Shown in pieces: positions 62,782-64,000 of a stretch of 64,000 nt of DNA; the first letter of the stretch is position 1, and each line of letters starts with the position of its first letter. The DNA lies in contig CAWGBN010000008.1 of NCBI GenBank assembly GCA_963820825.1, forward strand, positions 32,001-96,000, in the 5' to 3' direction. The DNA is from Vulcanimicrobiota bacterium. GTDB taxonomy: Bacteria > Vulcanimicrobiota > Vulcanimicrobiia > Vulcanimicrobiales > Vulcanimicrobiaceae. The position numbers and the translations under genes were made by a program. The notes under the pieces were generated by a model. It worked only from the letters and a program-made list of their open reading frames with translations. It ran no database searches and was not told the origin of the DNA.

Positions 62782-64000
62782 CTAGACTTCCGCGGTCTTA
62801 TAAATTCGAACGCGGCGGTTCGGTTCGAGGCCGGTGCTGCGCGACTGCAAGCGGTACCGTTCCGCGAGCTGATGCTGCATCCGGCGGATATACGAGGTCT
62901 GCGGAGAGAGTTCGATCGCCGAGTTGTTGAGCAGCACCTGATAGATCGCCTCCTCAGTCTCGCGCAGGGCGATCTCTTCGTTATCGATCGATCCGAGGTT
63001 GAATACGTCGCGAAGCGCCGCTTGGATCTGCGTCGTCGTGTTGGTCTTGATCGAGTAGATCGGTACGTTGTCCGAGGCGATCTGTTTGAGCTTCGGCTGC
63101 TCTTTGCGTTCGAGCGTCTTGAGCGTGAGAACGACGTCGGCATCGTCCCAGTTGCGCGCGATCGAGGCGTTGACGCGCAGATTCGCGATCGCGCGCTCGA
63201 TCTTGTTGCGCGAAACCCCGTAAGGGAAGATCAGGAGCGGCCGGTCGCGCTCTTCGCCGTCGCGGTCGTGATCGTACCCGTCGGAGAGCCGCGGCATCGA
63301 CTCCGTGTCGGCCTCTTGCACGACGGTGACCTCGCCGCTCGCTTCGCGCTGGCGGATCTCCGGCTGCGGCTGATAGCCGCGCAGCAAGGCATCGATTACC
63401 TCGGCGACGTTCTTGTGAATCGCGAGGCGGTCGCGATCGTGAATCTCGACGACGACGTCGAAGGTCGGAGGCGCTTTGCGCTCGAGCACGGTCTTGCGGG
63501 TGCCGCGCCGACGGGCCTCCTCGTCGGAGAGCGTGACCGCGCTCACTCCGCCGACGAGGTCGGAGAGGGTCGGGTTCATCAACAAGTTCTCGAGCGTCTG
63601 GCCGTGAGCGGTGCCGATCAGCGTGACGCCGCGCTCCGCGATCGTCCGCGCCGCCTCCGCCTCGGCCGCGGTGCCGATCTCGTCGATCACGATGACCTCG
63701 GGCATGTGGTTCTCGACCGCCTCGATCATCACGGCGTGCTGAAGCGCCGGATCGGCGACCTGCATCCGCCGCGCCAAGCCGATGCCGGGATGCGGAATAT
63801 CGCTGTCGCCCGCAATTTCATTCGACGTATCGACGATGACGACGCGCTTGCGCTCTTCGGAGAGCACGCGCGCGCACTCGCGCAGCATCGTCGTCTTTCC
63901 GACGCCCGGGCGCCCGAGCAGACAGATCGACTTGCCGCTGCGCAGCACGTCGAGCAGAATGTCGATCGTTCCGTAGACGGCTCGGCCGACGCGGCAGGTG
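62782..64000 (-). CDS. Ycf45/SpoIIIAA-like AAA ATPase with a C-terminal R3H domain; 5' end outside the window
   Basis: GRPGVGKTT, DTSNEIAGD, EAVENHMP, IDEIG, TAHG, RRMQH (R3H). Confidence 0.92.
   Translation of the reverse strand, partial: TCRVGRAVYGTIDILLDVLRSGKSICLLGRPGVGKTTMLRECARVLSEERKRVVIVDTSNEIAGDSDIPHPGIGLARRMQVADPALQHAVMIEAVENHMPEVIVIDEIGTAAEAEAARTIAERGVTLIGTAHGQTLENLLMNPTLSDLVGGVSAVTLSDEEARRRGTRKTVLERKAPPTFDVVVEIHDRDRLAIHKNVAEVIDALLRGYQPQPEIRQREASGEVTVVQEADTESMPRLSDGYDHDRDGEERDRPLLIFPYGVSRNKIERAIANLRVNASIARNWDDADVVLTLKTLERKEQPKLKQIASDNVPIYSIKTNTTTQIQAALRDVFNLGSIDNEEIALRETEEAIYQVLLNNSAIELSPQTSYIRRMQHQLAERYRLQSRSTGLEPNRRVRIYKTAEV

Noticed and set aside
1..64000. Many long antisense or alternate-frame ORFs in the track (e.g. 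43245..45929 -, 54182..55816 -, 31710..33218 -, 12343..13785 +)
   Set aside because: They are shadow ORFs of high-GC genes, overlap well-supported genes and contain no recognisable motifs.

Overview
GC-rich bacterial chromosome segment. The Gly/Thr-rich beta-propeller lipoproteins with LLAGCGG-type lipoboxes, the futalosine menaquinone pathway and the dnaK-grpE-dnaJ order suggest Candidatus Eremiobacterota (WPS-2), which is an inference. Positions 1 to about 10350 are an accessory island abutting the 3' end of secA. It contains an NHL-type propeller lipoprotein, three 7-repeat GloVer (TIGR03803-like) lipoproteins, gene fragments, a truncated IS110 whose intact left end encodes a readable bridge RNA, a nested IS3 fragment and an AT-richer class III nucleotide cyclase. 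The cargo genes are separated by three co-oriented, codon-wise diverged remnants of one HTH-coding gene tail (SLAACSRxRAGAxVPHPRHW), which I recall as the C-terminus of stand-alone, casposase-like Cas1 proteins (not verified here). This suggests a cassette-like array built by repeated integration. The rest is housekeeping: secA, LCP protein, rimO, yajQ, rodZ, mnmA, mqnC/A/E, ftsK, an icd-like gene, rnj, htrA, dnaK-grpE-dnaJ, an ABC exporter, scoAB, an acyl-CoA dehydrogenase, nth, mutY, a MocR regulator, lpdA-lipB-lipA, an RND transporter, a GDSL lipoprotein, FUSC, gdh, ychF, mtnP, holB, tmk and an AAA-R3H protein. Positions 22500-29260 are riddled with indels, most likely assembly errors. I saw no tRNA, rRNA or CRISPR array.
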